Part shown: positions 16,851 through 17,421 of the stretch, one piece after another | How positions within the stretch are numbered: the stretch's first letter is position 1 | Layout of the letters: each line of letters opens with the position of its first letter | Source of the DNA: Promethearchaeota archaeon | GTDB lineage: Archaea > Asgardarchaeota > Lokiarchaeia > Sigyniarchaeales > SOKP01 | DNA: 17,421 nucleotides | Assembly (NCBI GenBank): GCA_011364925.1 | Contig: RDOA01000064.1 | Span: 1-17,421, forward strand | Reading direction: 5' to 3' | Position numbers and translations under genes: made by a program | Notes under the pieces: generated by a model | Database searches by the model: none | Seen by the model: the letters and a program-made list of their open reading frames with translations, nothing else | Told to the model about the DNA's origin: nothing

Positions 16851-17198
16851 TTATTTCAAATTAATAGTTAATTTTTCCATATTCAGCTTCCATACTTTTT
16901 CAGGGGCCCCTATTCCTCCGCTAGGTTTATTCTCCGATATAATTATACCTACGTTCTCTAATTCCCGAAGATGATAATATAATGTTGGTTTCTGTAAATT
17001 CTTAAAATCACCTTTACCACACATTCCGTGACATTGACCATTACTATCTGCTTTTTTGCTTGCATCTTTAAGGTGATTAAGAATTTCCTCAGAAGTTTTT
17101 GGACCGTCTCCTAAAATGTCGATTAAGACCCATCTTATTTGGCAATGTAAGGCTTTGATATAGGTACCAATATTTTCTAAATCTATTTCTTTTGTCAT
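16851..17198 (-). CDS. ArsR-like winged-HTH transcriptional regulator
   Basis: KAL…IRWVLIDIL…GPKTSEEI, recognition helix KPTLYYHLRELENVGII, and wing GAPEKVWKL. Confidence 0.88.
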   Translation of the reverse strand: MTKEIDLENIGTYIKALHCQIRWVLIDILGDGPKTSEEILNHLKDASKKADSNGQCHGMCGKGDFKNLQKPTLYYHLRELENVGIIISENKPSGGIGAPEKVWKLNMEKLTINLK

Positions 17199-17252
17199 GC
17201 TCTCAAACCGATAAAATCCTAATATATAAAGATTTTAGAAATATTTAAATAT

Positions 17253-17305
17253 ATGGGTGATTTAATTTAAATCATGGATTTAATTAAATCCACCATTTAA
17301 TTAAA
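17253..17305. promoter_or_regulatory. Array of palindromic operator-like sites (core ATTTAATTAAAT)
   Basis: TGATTTA-att-TAAATCA (17258-17274), perfect TGGATTTAATTAAATCCA (17275-17292), partial ATTTAATTAAA (17295-17305). The arsR TATA box TTTATATA lies at 17230-17223. Confidence 0.7.
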
Positions 17306-17393
17306 AAAAATAGAGTTAGAAAGTTTAATGTGGTAATTAATATTAGGTCTTTCAATAATTCAAATAAAATAAAAAAAGATATTAGGTAAAAAA

Positions 17394-17421
17394 ATGATGA
17401 AGGTAAAAAAAGCAGAGGAAT
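17394..17421 (+). CDS. Probable 5' start of a divergent gene (MMKVKKAEE…), truncated by the window edge
   Basis: ATGATG preceded by AGGT; open to the end of the window. Confidence 0.4.

Overview
AT-rich archaeal chromosomal window. The gene content suggests Asgard (Lokiarchaeia-like) origin, which is an inference: SDS22-type LRR proteins with helical N-termini, TFB, and TATA-driven leaderless genes. From left to right it holds a small operon ending in a tail-anchored membrane protein, two tandem LRR paralogues, and a grpE-dnaK-dnaJ-tfb cluster in which DnaJ lacks the zinc finger. Next come a membrane protein, a K+-independent-type pyruvate kinase and hypothetical proteins. These are followed by an RNase J-like beta-CASP nuclease with a downstream 46-aa CxxC/CxxC microprotein missing from the ORF track. 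The window ends with a BpsA-like aminopropyltransferase fused to an AdoMetDC domain, a polytopic membrane protein and a Cys/His-containing ArsR-like regulator. The most interesting unannotated signals are (i) a candidate ~115-nt structured ncRNA at 14084-14200 (-), with its own TATA box, operator palindrome and U-tract; (ii) a structured 5' leader at ~11836-11955 that shares colinear complementary motifs with that RNA; (iii) the BpsA-SpeD fusion; and (iv) a non-CIRCE inverted repeat at the predicted start of the chaperone-TFB operon. No rRNA, tRNA, CRISPR array or transposase was recognised.
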